DNA of 64,000 nucleotides from a virus (Duplodnaviria > Caudoviricetes), in IMG/VR virus record IMGVR_UViG_3300031555_003442, positions 64,001 through 128,000 of that record; one strand, given 5' to 3'. Both the position numbers and the translations under genes were made by a program. Position 1 is the stretch's first letter; the number at the start of each line of letters is the position of its first letter. Below the pieces are notes generated by a model, which had not been told where the DNA came from, made no database searches, and saw nothing but the letters and a program-made list of their open reading frames with translations. Below, in pieces: positions 29,496-38,821 of this stretch.

Positions 29496-29528
29496 TTCTA
29501 ATGAAATTATCAAAAAAGGATTATCCGT

Positions 29529-30365
29529 ATGAATTATACTTACACCCCGTATTTCAAAGTCGAAGATGAATGCGACAAGCTGAAAGCGCACATGTTCGAA
29601 TGGTTCAGCTCCAAGGGCTTCAAGAAGGCTATCGTCGGAGTTTCTGGCGGAGCTGACTCCACCGTTTGTTGCAAACTGGCTTGTGACGTACTCGGCCCGT
29701 CCAATGTCTATGCGGTCAGCATGCCGAACGGAAAGCAGTCTGACATTGCCGATGCCCGCAAGGTTATCGAAATCTGCGGATGCAACGAATCGACGCTCAA
29801 CATCGGCGAAATGTTCACCGCCATGAACACCCAGTTTACCCAAGCGGGGTTCGAGCTTAATGACGCATACAGGAGCAATAGCCCTGCCCGTCTCCGTATG
29901 ACCATGCTTTTCGGTCTGGCTCCACTCGTAGGAGCTGTCGTCATCAACACCTGCAACCTTTCCGAAGACTGTGCTTGGGGTAACTTCTCCACGCTGTTCG
30001 GAGACAACGCAGGTTGTTACGCATGTTTGCAGGGCTTCACCAAGACCGAAGTCCGTATGATTGGCGAATACCTCGGCCTCCCGCATGACTTGGTTTGGAA
30101 AACTCCGAACGACGGTATGTGCGGAAAGTCTGATGAAGACCGTATTTCCGAACTGTCTGGTATCAAGAATTTCACTTACGAAGAATTTGACAAGTTCATC
30201 CGTGGCTGTCCGCACTCGTTCAGCAAGTGCGATGTTCAGCGTCTCATTCACGGTTACAAAATCGGCAAATTCAAGAACAAGATTGTCAACATTGACCATT
30301 ACACTCCTACTGCGTTGCCTAACGCATTTGAAACCATTTCTTTGACGGTAACTGGTAGACTATGA
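29529..30365 (+). CDS. nadE: NH3-dependent NAD+ synthetase
   Basis: GVSGGADS, ARLRM, NTCNLSE, TLFGD, KTEV, KTP.DG..GKSDE. Confidence 0.92.
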   Translation: MNYTYTPYFKVEDECDKLKAHMFEWFSSKGFKKAIVGVSGGADSTVCCKLACDVLGPSNVYAVSMPNGKQSDIADARKVIEICGCNESTLNIGEMFTAMNTQFTQAGFELNDAYRSNSPARLRMTMLFGLAPLVGAVVINTCNLSEDCAWGNFSTLFGDNAGCYACLQGFTKTEVRMIGEYLGLPHDLVWKTPNDGMCGKSDEDRISELSGIKNFTYEEFDKFIRGCPHSFSKCDVQRLIHGYKIGKFKNKIVNIDHYTPTALPNAFETISLTVTGRL

Positions 30366-30802
30366 GTGGAATCTACGTAGGAGAAATATCGCTCGACATC
30401 TTCAAGACGGTGTGTGAAAAGCATCGCCTTGAAGTCGAAAAGTCCGAGAACGATAAGATGGGGTTGTTCTGTGCCGTGCTCAATGTGACGGAAGACGTGT
30501 TCATGCTTATCACGTACTCTGACGAGGCCGATGGCCGCAAGTACGTGAGCCTGTTCGCATCTAACCGCAAGACGGGTTCTACGCAGCAGATAAGTCATGT
30601 CCCTGCGTACTACAACAACCTCATCACCGCAATCAGAACAGCTAACCGTTTTTATGACGACACCAAGGCAAGGGGACTTGCCGTAGTGCCTAGAACTTTA
30701 AAGAAGGAAACCGCCAATGAAGGTAATGGTAACGGGCCACAGGCCAGAGAGAATAACAGGCAGGGAACAGGAAATCAAGGAATGGCTGGCGAAGAAAGTT
30801 GA
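30362..30802 (+). CDS. hypothetical protein
   Basis: ATGA-coupled to nadE. Confidence 0.6.
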   Translation: MSGIYVGEISLDIFKTVCEKHRLEVEKSENDKMGLFCAVLNVTEDVFMLITYSDEADGRKYVSLFASNRKTGSTQQISHVPAYYNNLITAIRTANRFYDDTKARGLAVVPRTLKKETANEGNGNGPQARENNRQGTGNQGMAGEES

Positions 30803-31211
30803 TGAACTGAAGCCTAGTGACTGCATCTCTGGCATGGCACGGGGCGCCGACCAGATTTATGCGGAGGTCGCTTATGAAAAAGGTATTCCTCTTATTTGTG
30901 CTTGGCCTTACAAGCGTAAGCTTCATCCTGTTGAGCAGAAGTATCACGACTATGCGGAAGTGAACTATCTCGCCTTCCACAAGTATCAGCCTAGCTGCTA
31001 CTCAACCCGAGACAAGTGGATGGTGGATAACTGCGATGTCGTCCTTGCCGTATGGGATGGAAACCCCGTTGGCGGCACTTACGACACGATTGAGTACGCC
31101 AAGGAAAAGCGCAAGCCAATCTATCTCTTCCCGTGGACTGCGGAATCAATCACTGAGATTATCCCGTTGGACCCTCCCCAAGTGACACCTGACGGATTTA
31201 CCCTCTTCTAG
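30717..31211 (+). CDS. SLOG-superfamily (YspA/DUF1273-like) protein
   Basis: VTGHRP, SGMARGAD, RDKWMVD, AVWDG, GGT. Confidence 0.85.
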   Translation: MKVMVTGHRPERITGREQEIKEWLAKKVDELKPSDCISGMARGADQIYAEVAYEKGIPLICAWPYKRKLHPVEQKYHDYAEVNYLAFHKYQPSCYSTRDKWMVDNCDVVLAVWDGNPVGGTYDTIEYAKEKRKPIYLFPWTAESITEIIPLDPPQVTPDGFTLF

Positions 31212-31220
31212 GAGCAAACC

Positions 31221-31421
31221 ATGTCGATTTTCAACAAGAAGGAAAGGGCGAATATCGCCAGAGTCCGCAAGGAAATGAAGCAGACGAAGGAATACAAGGA
31301 TTTGCTCGTGCTGAAGGAAAAGTTCAACCGAAAGGAAATATCCGAAGCAGAGTACATCGAAGAAATGGGAAAGCTCCTGAAAGGTGTTCAGGAACAACCC
31401 CAGGAATCAATCAAGCTTTAA
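31221..31421 (+). CDS. hypothetical protein
   Basis: AGGAG RBS. Confidence 0.6.
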   Translation: MSIFNKKERANIARVRKEMKQTKEYKDLLVLKEKFNRKEISEAEYIEEMGKLLKGVQEQPQESIKL

Positions 31422-31441
31422 CTATCAAAAATGGAGAAACC

Positions 31442-31921
31442 ATGACAAACCCAGCTCAACTCGAACAGGCAATCGCCATCCCCACCGCAATCGTCGCCGA
31501 CCTCAACAAGGCTAAGGAATTCATTGATTCCGACAATAAGGATGAAGCCAAGAAGCTCATCGACAAGGTAGCTAAGTTCATGCAGTCGCAGGCCGACATG
31601 GCCAAGAAGGAACTCGAAGCCATCATGAAGAAGCATGAAGAGGCACTCGAAGTCTTGAAGAAGGACAAGCACGTCGACCTCCAAGACCCGTTCATCATGA
31701 TGCTCAACGAAAGCACCTACACCTTCAAGCGCAAGGAATGGGACGCTGGCATCCGCTACATCCGTGACCAGGACGGCAAGACCATCTGCCGTGCCCGCAA
31801 CGTGGGTGGCCTCCTTACCGAAATCGAAAAGACTGACCTTCAAGACCCGTTCAGCGCTCTCCAGGCTGGCGCTCCCCAGGCACCCGCCGCACAGCCCGCA
31901 AGTCCTATCATCACGGGTTAA
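31442..31921 (+). CDS. hypothetical protein
   Basis: GGAG RBS, strongly biased codon usage. Confidence 0.7.
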   Translation: MTNPAQLEQAIAIPTAIVADLNKAKEFIDSDNKDEAKKLIDKVAKFMQSQADMAKKELEAIMKKHEEALEVLKKDKHVDLQDPFIMMLNESTYTFKRKEWDAGIRYIRDQDGKTICRARNVGGLLTEIEKTDLQDPFSALQAGAPQAPAAQPASPIITG

Positions 31922-31924
31922 ACC

Positions 31925-32182
31925 ATGACCAAGACCGAGTTCGTGCATGCTTGCGAAAAGGTCGGATGCACCGTTTCCGAAGGAAGGGTGATGCTCGGGG
32001 ATATCCAACTCGGCTACTACTGGGAAGACAGTTTCGACGTGGTGGCCAACCCCGAGAATTTCAACCTTCGGTCAAACTGGATGTACCGCCAGGTCGACCT
32101 CAACACTTTCAAGGTTCTCCTTAAAGACGTGGTCGATGGAATCAAGAAATCAAAGGAAGTCGAAAATGCTGAGACAGATTAA
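31925..32182 (+). CDS. hypothetical protein
   Basis: ORF in run. Confidence 0.6.
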   Translation: MTKTEFVHACEKVGCTVSEGRVMLGDIQLGYYWEDSFDVVANPENFNLRSNWMYRQVDLNTFKVLLKDVVDGIKKSKEVENAETD

Positions 32183-32441
32183 CAATGATTATGTCAATCT
32201 TAATCTAATCGAGGTCGTACGCCCGATTGAAACGGACGGTAAGGTCACTGACTACGAAATCATTTTGGTTTCTGGCCGTACTTACATGGTCAACAAGAAA
32301 GTAGGCGATTCTATCCGCCTTGCTATGAACGGGCGTAATGCAAAGGTGGTGGTAGAACGGGCCGCACCTAAGAAGTCGCCCGCCGACCTTCAGACCGTTT
32401 TGCAGGCAGCAAGGAATGTTAACAGCCCGTTTAAGAGGTAA
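32166..32441 (+). CDS. hypothetical protein
   Basis: ORF in run. Confidence 0.6.
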   Translation: MLRQINNDYVNLNLIEVVRPIETDGKVTDYEIILVSGRTYMVNKKVGDSIRLAMNGRNAKVVVERAAPKKSPADLQTVLQAARNVNSPFKR

Positions 32442-32447
32442 GTTAAA

Positions 32448-33074
32448 ATGGCTGATTGGCTTAATAATATCAAAGCATGTGGTGACCCGCAACTTGAACT
32501 CCGTGCCGTGAAACTCTTCGAAGAGTTCAAACAGGTTGTTGTCAAGGCTGGTGTCGAAAATCCTGACGAATTTGCTGAAAACATGTTCGACCGAATCATG
32601 CACCTTTACAAGAGCACCGAAAGGGTGTATCACGTAGGCCCGCATGACAACGTAATCGACTCGTTCTTCGCAAAGTATCGGTTCCTTAGCAATTTCGAAC
32701 CATGTACGGTCGTGTACGACGGAATGACCTATTCTTGCTCAGAGGCTGCATATCAGGCTGCAAAGACGACAGATGTATCACTCCGTATCGCTTTCACTAC
32801 GATGAACGGCTCTAAGGCTAAATACGCTGGTCAGAAACTCACGTTGCGACCCGACTGGAACGACATCAAGGTGAATGTGATGTACGAAATCGTTAAGGAC
32901 AAGTTCAGCCGCAATCCAGAATTGAGAGTAAAGCTACTCAATACGGGTGACTTGCAGCTCATCGAGGGAAACTACTGGGGTGACACCTTCTGGGGAGTCT
33001 GCAACGGAAAGGGCGAAAACCACCTCGGAAAGATTCTGATGAGGGTCCGCAAGGAACTGTCCGAAACACCGTAA
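32448..33074 (+). CDS. NADAR (YbiA/DarG1-like) family protein with N-terminal extension
   Basis: FLSNF, SEAAYQAAK, RPDW, KF..NP.L, LIEGN.WGD.FWG, G.N.LG.ILM.VR. Confidence 0.92.
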   Translation: MADWLNNIKACGDPQLELRAVKLFEEFKQVVVKAGVENPDEFAENMFDRIMHLYKSTERVYHVGPHDNVIDSFFAKYRFLSNFEPCTVVYDGMTYSCSEAAYQAAKTTDVSLRIAFTTMNGSKAKYAGQKLTLRPDWNDIKVNVMYEIVKDKFSRNPELRVKLLNTGDLQLIEGNYWGDTFWGVCNGKGENHLGKILMRVRKELSETP

Positions 33075-33089
33075 TTTTCAGGAGTTCAC

Positions 33090-33428
33090 ATGTTGCATTT
33101 TGCCCCAGTAAAACGTGACGAAGACCAGAAAGTCGGGTATTCAACGCTTGGCGGAGTTTACCTCCATGGCACTTTGGAGACGTTTTTCGATTACGACCTC
33201 GTGACTATACACACATTGGACGTTCTTGAATTTTTGGAAGGGGAAGAGAACGGATTTGACGGTGTCGAGGTAGTTGTCGAGGGATATCCAGATAAGGTTC
33301 TGCTGTATGCATGGAAACCCACAGGAAATTGCCCACTCCCACATCGTGGGATTCTTGTAGATGCAGGTGACACCAAGTCAATCTGTTATGCGAAGGCAAA
33401 TTTCGATAGAAGGAGTGCATGGCTATGA
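33090..33428 (+). CDS. hypothetical protein
   Basis: AGGAG RBS. Confidence 0.6.
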   Translation: MLHFAPVKRDEDQKVGYSTLGGVYLHGTLETFFDYDLVTIHTLDVLEFLEGEENGFDGVEVVVEGYPDKVLLYAWKPTGNCPLPHRGILVDAGDTKSICYAKANFDRRSAWL

Positions 33429-33688
33429 CCTACATTTATTGGGAAGATGAATTCAAATGGGGCATGTATGGCGCCCATGGCAAGGGTGGAGTACCAGGAA
33501 CTGGAATTGTCGTTAACCCGACTGCTCCGTTTAAGGGTGTATGCCAGCGTTGCGGTAAGCGTCTCAATGTCCGCCATTACCCGTATTCCCCCGTAGATAA
33601 CAACTTCGGCGTATATTGTGAACACTGCATGAAAGAAATTGACGAGGAAATGTCGGCTCCCGACGAGTTTTCAGAAGAAGAGCTTTAA
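33419..33688 (+). CDS. zinc-finger-like hypothetical protein
   Basis: CQRC...CEHC. Confidence 0.6.
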   Translation: MAMTYIYWEDEFKWGMYGAHGKGGVPGTGIVVNPTAPFKGVCQRCGKRLNVRHYPYSPVDNNFGVYCEHCMKEIDEEMSAPDEFSEEEL

Positions 33689-33709
33689 ACATTAACAAGG
33701 AGAAATACC

Positions 33710-33919
33710 ATGGCAAAGGAATTTGAAGTTACATACACGGTCAAGCGTAAGTTTACCATCCCCGATACGGCAACGGATGAAGAATACGATGCCATGAAGG
33801 ATATGGTGGTCGCTGCCATGTCCAAGGAAGGAGTTCAAGGTGACGTGAAAGTCAAGCTCACCGATGCCCCTGACGAAATCAGGCAGAAGTACATCATCAA
33901 CAAGGAATGCCAGGATTAA
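33710..33919 (+). CDS. hypothetical protein
   Basis: AGGAG RBS. Confidence 0.65.
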   Translation: MAKEFEVTYTVKRKFTIPDTATDEEYDAMKDMVVAAMSKEGVQGDVKVKLTDAPDEIRQKYIINKECQD

Positions 33920-33940
33920 ATCTGAAAAGGAAATATCTTT

Positions 33941-34579
33941 ATGGGAAAGCAGCCCTACAGTAAAAAAGAAATTGAGGGACGAATCGCCTCGTTCAAGTCC
34001 AAACTTGACGAGATGTACAAGATTTTGTACGAGGCACAGTTTGTTCCGCATAATAGTCACTCCAGGGACATGTTGTATGATGCGATGGACCATGTGGAAC
34101 ATTGGCTTCAATGGCATACAAACGAGTTTGAACGTGAAGATATATTCAATGGAATCCGTAAAGCCATCAAACGAGATGCGGAAAAATATGGGTTCCCAGC
34201 GTATGTCAACAAGACTACATTCTGTTCTTTGTTGCATGTTGATGAACTTGCCGCCAAGTTGATTGACGGAACATATCACCTTGTTCCTATTCCGACATCG
34301 TATGAAGAATATCGTTGGTGTACTGGATATGAGCCAGAGGATGGCATGGTGTGTTTCAAACTTATTGTCAAAGACAATGACGACAATCAAGTTGGCACTT
34401 ATTCTTGGACTGAATGTCACACCAAGGAAAAGGCCTCCGAGTGTAGGGAACCTTGGATGATAATTAAGGATTGCCCACCTAGTAGGAAACGTAATCTCCC
34501 GCCTACCGATGAAATAAAGCCAGGAGACAAATTTTCTGACTATGACACAAAGAAGCCGAATCTTACCGACCTGTTCTAA
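33941..34579 (+). CDS. hypothetical protein
   Basis: 212-aa ORF, AAGGA RBS. Confidence 0.7.
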   Translation: MGKQPYSKKEIEGRIASFKSKLDEMYKILYEAQFVPHNSHSRDMLYDAMDHVEHWLQWHTNEFEREDIFNGIRKAIKRDAEKYGFPAYVNKTTFCSLLHVDELAAKLIDGTYHLVPIPTSYEEYRWCTGYEPEDGMVCFKLIVKDNDDNQVGTYSWTECHTKEKASECREPWMIIKDCPPSRKRNLPPTDEIKPGDKFSDYDTKKPNLTDLF

Positions 34580-34586
34580 TGGAGAG

Positions 34587-34850
34587 ATGATGGAATATAC
34601 AGATGATGAACTGGCTCAGGCGGATTTCTATGGGGTCAGCCCTGATGTAATAAGGGCGAAGCTGAGGCCGACTGAACATCGTATTCTTGTGAAGGAAGAC
34701 GGCAAGCTGTGTTCGAAGGTTGTATCCGATGCCGAATACAAGGAGCTTAACAGACCGAAATTCAGCAATCGTACTGGAAAGTACGATTCTGAACAGCAAA
34801 GGTATGGCTCATCTTTCAATGTTCGGAATACCGTTTTTGGCAATGTTTAA
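34587..34850 (+). CDS. hypothetical protein
   Basis: GGAG RBS. Confidence 0.6.
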   Translation: MMEYTDDELAQADFYGVSPDVIRAKLRPTEHRILVKEDGKLCSKVVSDAEYKELNRPKFSNRTGKYDSEQQRYGSSFNVRNTVFGNV

Positions 34851-34990
34851 TCCGCATCACTCCGATGCGGGTTTTCTTTTTGTTCTTGTTCTACCTTGTA
34901 CTGCATGTCCAGTACCAGACGGGTATTTGCGTTCGGGTCGCTGTTGGTTAGCATCAGGTGGGTATCGACTGGGTCCAAATAGGTGTTCAT
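34847..34990 (-). CDS. possible 47-aa protein (MNTYLDPVDTHL...)
   Basis: GGAGA RBS; fills the gap between terminator and promoter. Confidence 0.4.
   Translation of the reverse strand: MNTYLDPVDTHLMLTNSDPNANTRLVLDMQYKVEQEQKENPHRSDAD
34849..34881 (+). terminator. intrinsic terminator
   Basis: AATCCGCATC-ACTCC-GATGCGGGTT plus T-run. Confidence 0.7.
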
Positions 34991-35035
34991 ATCGTCTCCG
35001 TTGCGGCAATGTTAAAATATATTTTTGGCGATACC

Positions 35036-35064
35036 TTGCCAGGATTGAAAAAAATATGTATATT
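35036..35064 (+). promoter_or_regulatory. promoter TTGCCA-N17-TATATT
   Basis: consensus match; supports a start at 35096. Confidence 0.7.
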
Positions 35065-35095
35065 CATAAAAAGTCTTTATACAGGAGCGTTCAAA

Positions 35096-35500
35096 ATGAG
35101 AATCTTGAAAGTTTGTGCCGATGTGCGTTACACTACGGACGCAGAAATCTTTAACCCAGATACGAGCAAGTTCGAAGAGGACACAAATGCCAAGATGCCC
35201 TGTCTGAAGGGAACCAACTGGTGCCCCGAAGTCGATGTCGACCGTGGTGTAATCATCAACTGGACGCAGGGTGTTGAAGCTATTCTTCACTACAAGGTTT
35301 GTGACTGCTTCTCGGCGGAATTCCTTGTTGACGGCAAGAGCACTCTCAAACCCTACGAAGGATATGTACCTGACTGCATGTGCCCTGCGGACGAGGGATA
35401 TGGCGACTACATCGACATGCATGTTAATCCCGACGGTTCAATCGATGATTGGAAACTGTCTGTGTTCGAACGTTTTCTGTTTGGCTGGGAGAACGCATAA
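35096..35500 (+). CDS. conserved phage hypothetical protein
   Basis: AGGAG RBS; HYKVCD, GYVP, YGDYI. Confidence 0.7.
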   Translation: MRILKVCADVRYTTDAEIFNPDTSKFEEDTNAKMPCLKGTNWCPEVDVDRGVIINWTQGVEAILHYKVCDCFSAEFLVDGKSTLKPYEGYVPDCMCPADEGYGDYIDMHVNPDGSIDDWKLSVFERFLFGWENA

Positions 35501-35952
35501 TGTCCCTGGATATCATCCTTAAATGGGGAAAGGGCCGTGGACGGAAGTCCGACAGCCGCAACATCACCCACAATGCGGGTAAGATTGCCCAGCACGTAGT
35601 TCTCTACGATTTTCAGGGCGAGGGCCAGGTTACCCTCTATGACGTGCTGTGGAACCATGCCGACAAGAAAATGAAGGCGAGGGAACTCATCGAGGACCTT
35701 AGCAACGGGTTGCGCCTTCTTTCCGAAAATGCCAAACAGCTGAAACGGTACGAGACTATCATCAAGAAAGAACCCGAGATGAAAAACGGGAAGATGGAAA
35801 TCAGGAATCTCCCCAAGGAAAAGTGGTATGTGTGGGGTAGTGTCGAGGAAACGGACCAGTACGGGAGAAGATTCGGTCTAATCCCGTTCGTTGAAGACAT
35901 CCTGCTTCTCTGCATCAAGCATCCTGAAGCCGACGTTGAATGGAGCCGCTAG
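35500..35952 (+). CDS. hypothetical protein
   Basis: TAATG coupling; NITHN motif. Confidence 0.65.
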   Translation: MSLDIILKWGKGRGRKSDSRNITHNAGKIAQHVVLYDFQGEGQVTLYDVLWNHADKKMKARELIEDLSNGLRLLSENAKQLKRYETIIKKEPEMKNGKMEIRNLPKEKWYVWGSVEETDQYGRRFGLIPFVEDILLLCIKHPEADVEWSR

Positions 35953-35953
35953 C

Positions 35954-36457
35954 ATGATTACAATAGACTATTTCAAAAAGATTTGCTGTAACACCCTCGG
36001 GGAAAAGAACTGCCGTTTCGAGTATATCAAGGAACCGCCTGATGGGGATATCTACACCGTCCAGTGCTGGTTCAAGAACGAGAACAGCCAGTTTGCCCTT
36101 GAAGAACGCAAGGTCGCCTCAATCTTCCTGTATGAAGACGGTTCGTCTCTTGTGTGCGTCAAACCGTATGGCAAGCACGATTCGTACGGAACCGAATGGC
36201 GCTTCAAGTTCAAACGCCTCATGAAGAAGCACACTCTCGTGTATGTCAAGTACGACAGGCTTATCGAAGAAATGGCGATGGACTTCAAGAACATGTTCGG
36301 CAACACCGAAGAAAGTATCTACTCCCTGTTCTGGTCTATTTACGGCATGGAATGGCCTCCTGCGGCCTATCAGATGGCTTCGCATCTTGTGGAAGTCATG
36401 CGTTTAAGGGACAGAAGAGCAACAATAGAAGGAGGCGACAATGCCCAATCTACCTAA
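35954..36457 (+). CDS. hypothetical protein
   Basis: ORF in run. Confidence 0.65.
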   Translation: MITIDYFKKICCNTLGEKNCRFEYIKEPPDGDIYTVQCWFKNENSQFALEERKVASIFLYEDGSSLVCVKPYGKHDSYGTEWRFKFKRLMKKHTLVYVKYDRLIEEMAMDFKNMFGNTEESIYSLFWSIYGMEWPPAAYQMASHLVEVMRLRDRRATIEGGDNAQST

Positions 36458-36926
36458 ATTCTACTACCGTGACCTCAAAGTCCGTGGAACCTGCTACCAG
36501 GAATTGCCTGAACGGGATATCTTCATCCGTAAGTACGTCGGGAGGGATGGATTCGAACGTGAGAAGTGGATACGCAGACATCCGAAGTTTGATGCAAAGT
36601 GGCGTTACCACCACATGGTCGAGAGGGCCTTGGCGAATGGCGAGGCACCGACCCATCCTCTCATGATGAGACGCTACTTCTTCAAGCGTTGGTTCACTAC
36701 TATGCAGAGTGAGTTCTGGCAGCACTTCCTACCTGAGTTCAAGCTAAGTATTTTGAAAGAGCTGATGCGTATGGTCAACCAATATGTGAATACGGGGAAG
36801 GTAGGCGAGAAGATGGCCGAAAAGGGAACCAAACTCGATACCGTATTTTCTGTCTTTCTGCACTCAGCACAGAACGTTGCCATAAAGAAAATGGAAAAGA
36901 ACGTAGATTCAATTCCACTGGAGTAG
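36441..36926 (+). CDS. basic hypothetical protein
   Basis: GGAGG RBS. Confidence 0.65.
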   Translation: MPNLPKFYYRDLKVRGTCYQELPERDIFIRKYVGRDGFEREKWIRRHPKFDAKWRYHHMVERALANGEAPTHPLMMRRYFFKRWFTTMQSEFWQHFLPEFKLSILKELMRMVNQYVNTGKVGEKMAEKGTKLDTVFSVFLHSAQNVAIKKMEKNVDSIPLE

Positions 36927-36937
36927 AAGGAGTTAAC

Positions 36938-37279
36938 ATGTTCAAATACGTCATGAACAGTTTCTGGCTGGACTTTCAGCTGTTCCCGCATTTCATGTGC
37001 TACATCCTCGGTGTCGCCATCAGCGATATCATCATGTTCGCAATCTTGCTTTTATACCATCCAGCGATAGGACTTGCGGTATGCGCTGTTGCGGCCTTTT
37101 CGGCTGTCTGCGCCATTAAAATGTATGGTGACGGCATGGATGAATCCCACCACGACATGTACATCACCTACATGATGGTGTCGGAAATCCTCTCTGGTGC
37201 AATCTTCATCCATGTCGCATGGTGGTTATTCAAAATCCCGTTGACCATAATCGAATACCGCAAGCTGGAACAAGAATGA
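36938..37279 (+). CDS. multi-pass membrane protein
   Basis: three hydrophobic segments, AGGAG RBS. Confidence 0.7.
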   Translation: MFKYVMNSFWLDFQLFPHFMCYILGVAISDIIMFAILLLYHPAIGLAVCAVAAFSAVCAIKMYGDGMDESHHDMYITYMMVSEILSGAIFIHVAWWLFKIPLTIIEYRKLEQE

Positions 37280-37872
37280 AAATCTATTTCGTTAGACACG
37301 CCCCAACTTCCGCAAACAGTACTGGCACCATGACGGTCGGCTACGAGAATGCCGACATAACGCTGTGGGACAAGCCAGAGGACTGGGAAGAAACCGTAGG
37401 TTGCCACATCCCCGACGAGGCACGCAGGGTAATCCTCAGTTCCCCGACAAGGCGTTGCATCAGCACCGCAAAGCTGCTGTTCGATAGATGTCCGACCGAG
37501 CTGAGCGAACTTCTCGGTGAGTTCGACTGCAAGGCCCTCGGCCATTTGAAATTCTGGGCGATATCCGCAGCTGAGTTCAACCAGAAGGTGTTCCTGCCCG
37601 CAGCAACTATGGAAAGCCGTGCAAGAGCCATCCTGAGCGAACTCGTGAACAATGTACGGCATGAGGAACAGGTGGATTCTTTTGTCGCCATATCCCACGG
37701 TATGGTGATACGCTACATGTATCATTTTCTCAACGGCAACCCAGGCATTTCCGCCTACAAGGTAATCAACTCGGTTGGATTCCGCTTTTCGAACCTCGAC
37801 CTGCTCGTGGTTGACACCGACAAGTTAAAAACAGAGGCCTACCACTGGAAGGACCCTATAAAGCATGCGTAA
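37276..37872 (+). CDS. histidine phosphatase (phosphoglycerate mutase) family protein
   Basis: YFVRHA, SSPTRRC, E, ISHG. Confidence 0.85.
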   Translation: MKIYFVRHAPTSANSTGTMTVGYENADITLWDKPEDWEETVGCHIPDEARRVILSSPTRRCISTAKLLFDRCPTELSELLGEFDCKALGHLKFWAISAAEFNQKVFLPAATMESRARAILSELVNNVRHEEQVDSFVAISHGMVIRYMYHFLNGNPGISAYKVINSVGFRFSNLDLLVVDTDKLKTEAYHWKDPIKHA

Positions 37873-37947
37873 AGATGCCAATATATTGGCGGTTTCGTGT
37901 AATTTCGGCATGAAAGCGCTAACATTTTGGCATAACAGGAGCAAACA

Positions 37948-38214
37948 ATGAAACTGAGACTTATTGAATATCCCCGAGAAAACAAGTCGACTGTTTGGAT
38001 GATTCAGACAGAAGAGGCGAATGGCACGAAAGAATACCTTTACTTCTTCATGGGACATATTGCACATGCAAGAGAAGACGACGAATTGGCGAAAAGTCAT
38101 GCCGAATTCTACGATTATATCCGTGCTGTTGGTGCTTTTCACGCCATTAAGGACATGTTAACTCGTGCAAGGCACAAAGGTGGGCCACGAGTGGTTCTGG
38201 AAGAGGATATATAG
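37948..38214 (+). CDS. hypothetical protein
   Basis: AGGAG RBS. Confidence 0.6.
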   Translation: MKLRLIEYPRENKSTVWMIQTEEANGTKEYLYFFMGHIAHAREDDELAKSHAEFYDYIRAVGAFHAIKDMLTRARHKGGPRVVLEEDI

Positions 38215-38571
38215 ATGATGAATTTCATAAAGTTTGAATATCTGGTTGCATGCGCCATGTATACGTACGGGACGCAATGTATCACCATGCGTGACCTGAA
38301 CGAATACCGCATGAAGCTGGAGGCCGAGTTCAAGAAGCGGAATATCGAAGCGATGTTCCTGTTTTCCAGCAAGTATGCCTATGAATGCGTACACGACAAT
38401 CCCGACGTATTCGAGTTAATATGTGACGGGACTGCCGTTCGCCGCAATGACGAGGTATCTATTGACGACCTTATAAGCAAGTACCTGTCCTACATGTCGA
38501 ATGACGACCTGCTGGCGGTAACCGCCGTCAAGAATGCGTTGGATGAAAAAGTTATCGAGGTTAAAAAATGA
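38215..38571 (+). CDS. hypothetical protein
   Basis: ORF in run. Confidence 0.65.
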   Translation: MMNFIKFEYLVACAMYTYGTQCITMRDLNEYRMKLEAEFKKRNIEAMFLFSSKYAYECVHDNPDVFELICDGTAVRRNDEVSIDDLISKYLSYMSNDDLLAVTAVKNALDEKVIEVKK

Positions 38572-38711
38572 CTTTCAGAGAATACAGGAAAGCGGTCAAG
38601 GAAACCGTTGTATGGTTCTGGAAGGATATTGTCTACCAGGCGGGTGACACGGCAAAGACGCTTCGAATTGCAGTTAAGTTCGTGAAGGCTTCCGTTCCAC
38701 GGAGTACATGA
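38568..38711 (+). CDS. possible 47-aa protein
   Basis: ATGA-coupled, GAGG RBS. Confidence 0.4.
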   Translation: MTFREYRKAVKETVVWFWKDIVYQAGDTAKTLRIAVKFVKASVPRST

Positions 38712-38790
38712 TATCGTTGAACTCCTTGTCGCTCACCGAGGACAGGTAATCTTTAAGCTCCTTTATGATTGCGTCATTTTTATCTGCCAT
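38674..38790 (-). CDS. 38-aa protein (MADKNDAIIKELKDYL...)
   Basis: AAGGA RBS and its own - strand promoter. Confidence 0.5.
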   Translation of the reverse strand: MADKNDAIIKELKDYLSSVSDKEFNDIMYSVERKPSRT

Positions 38791-38821
38791 AATTGGTATC
38801 CTTGTTTTAATTTCTTATCTA

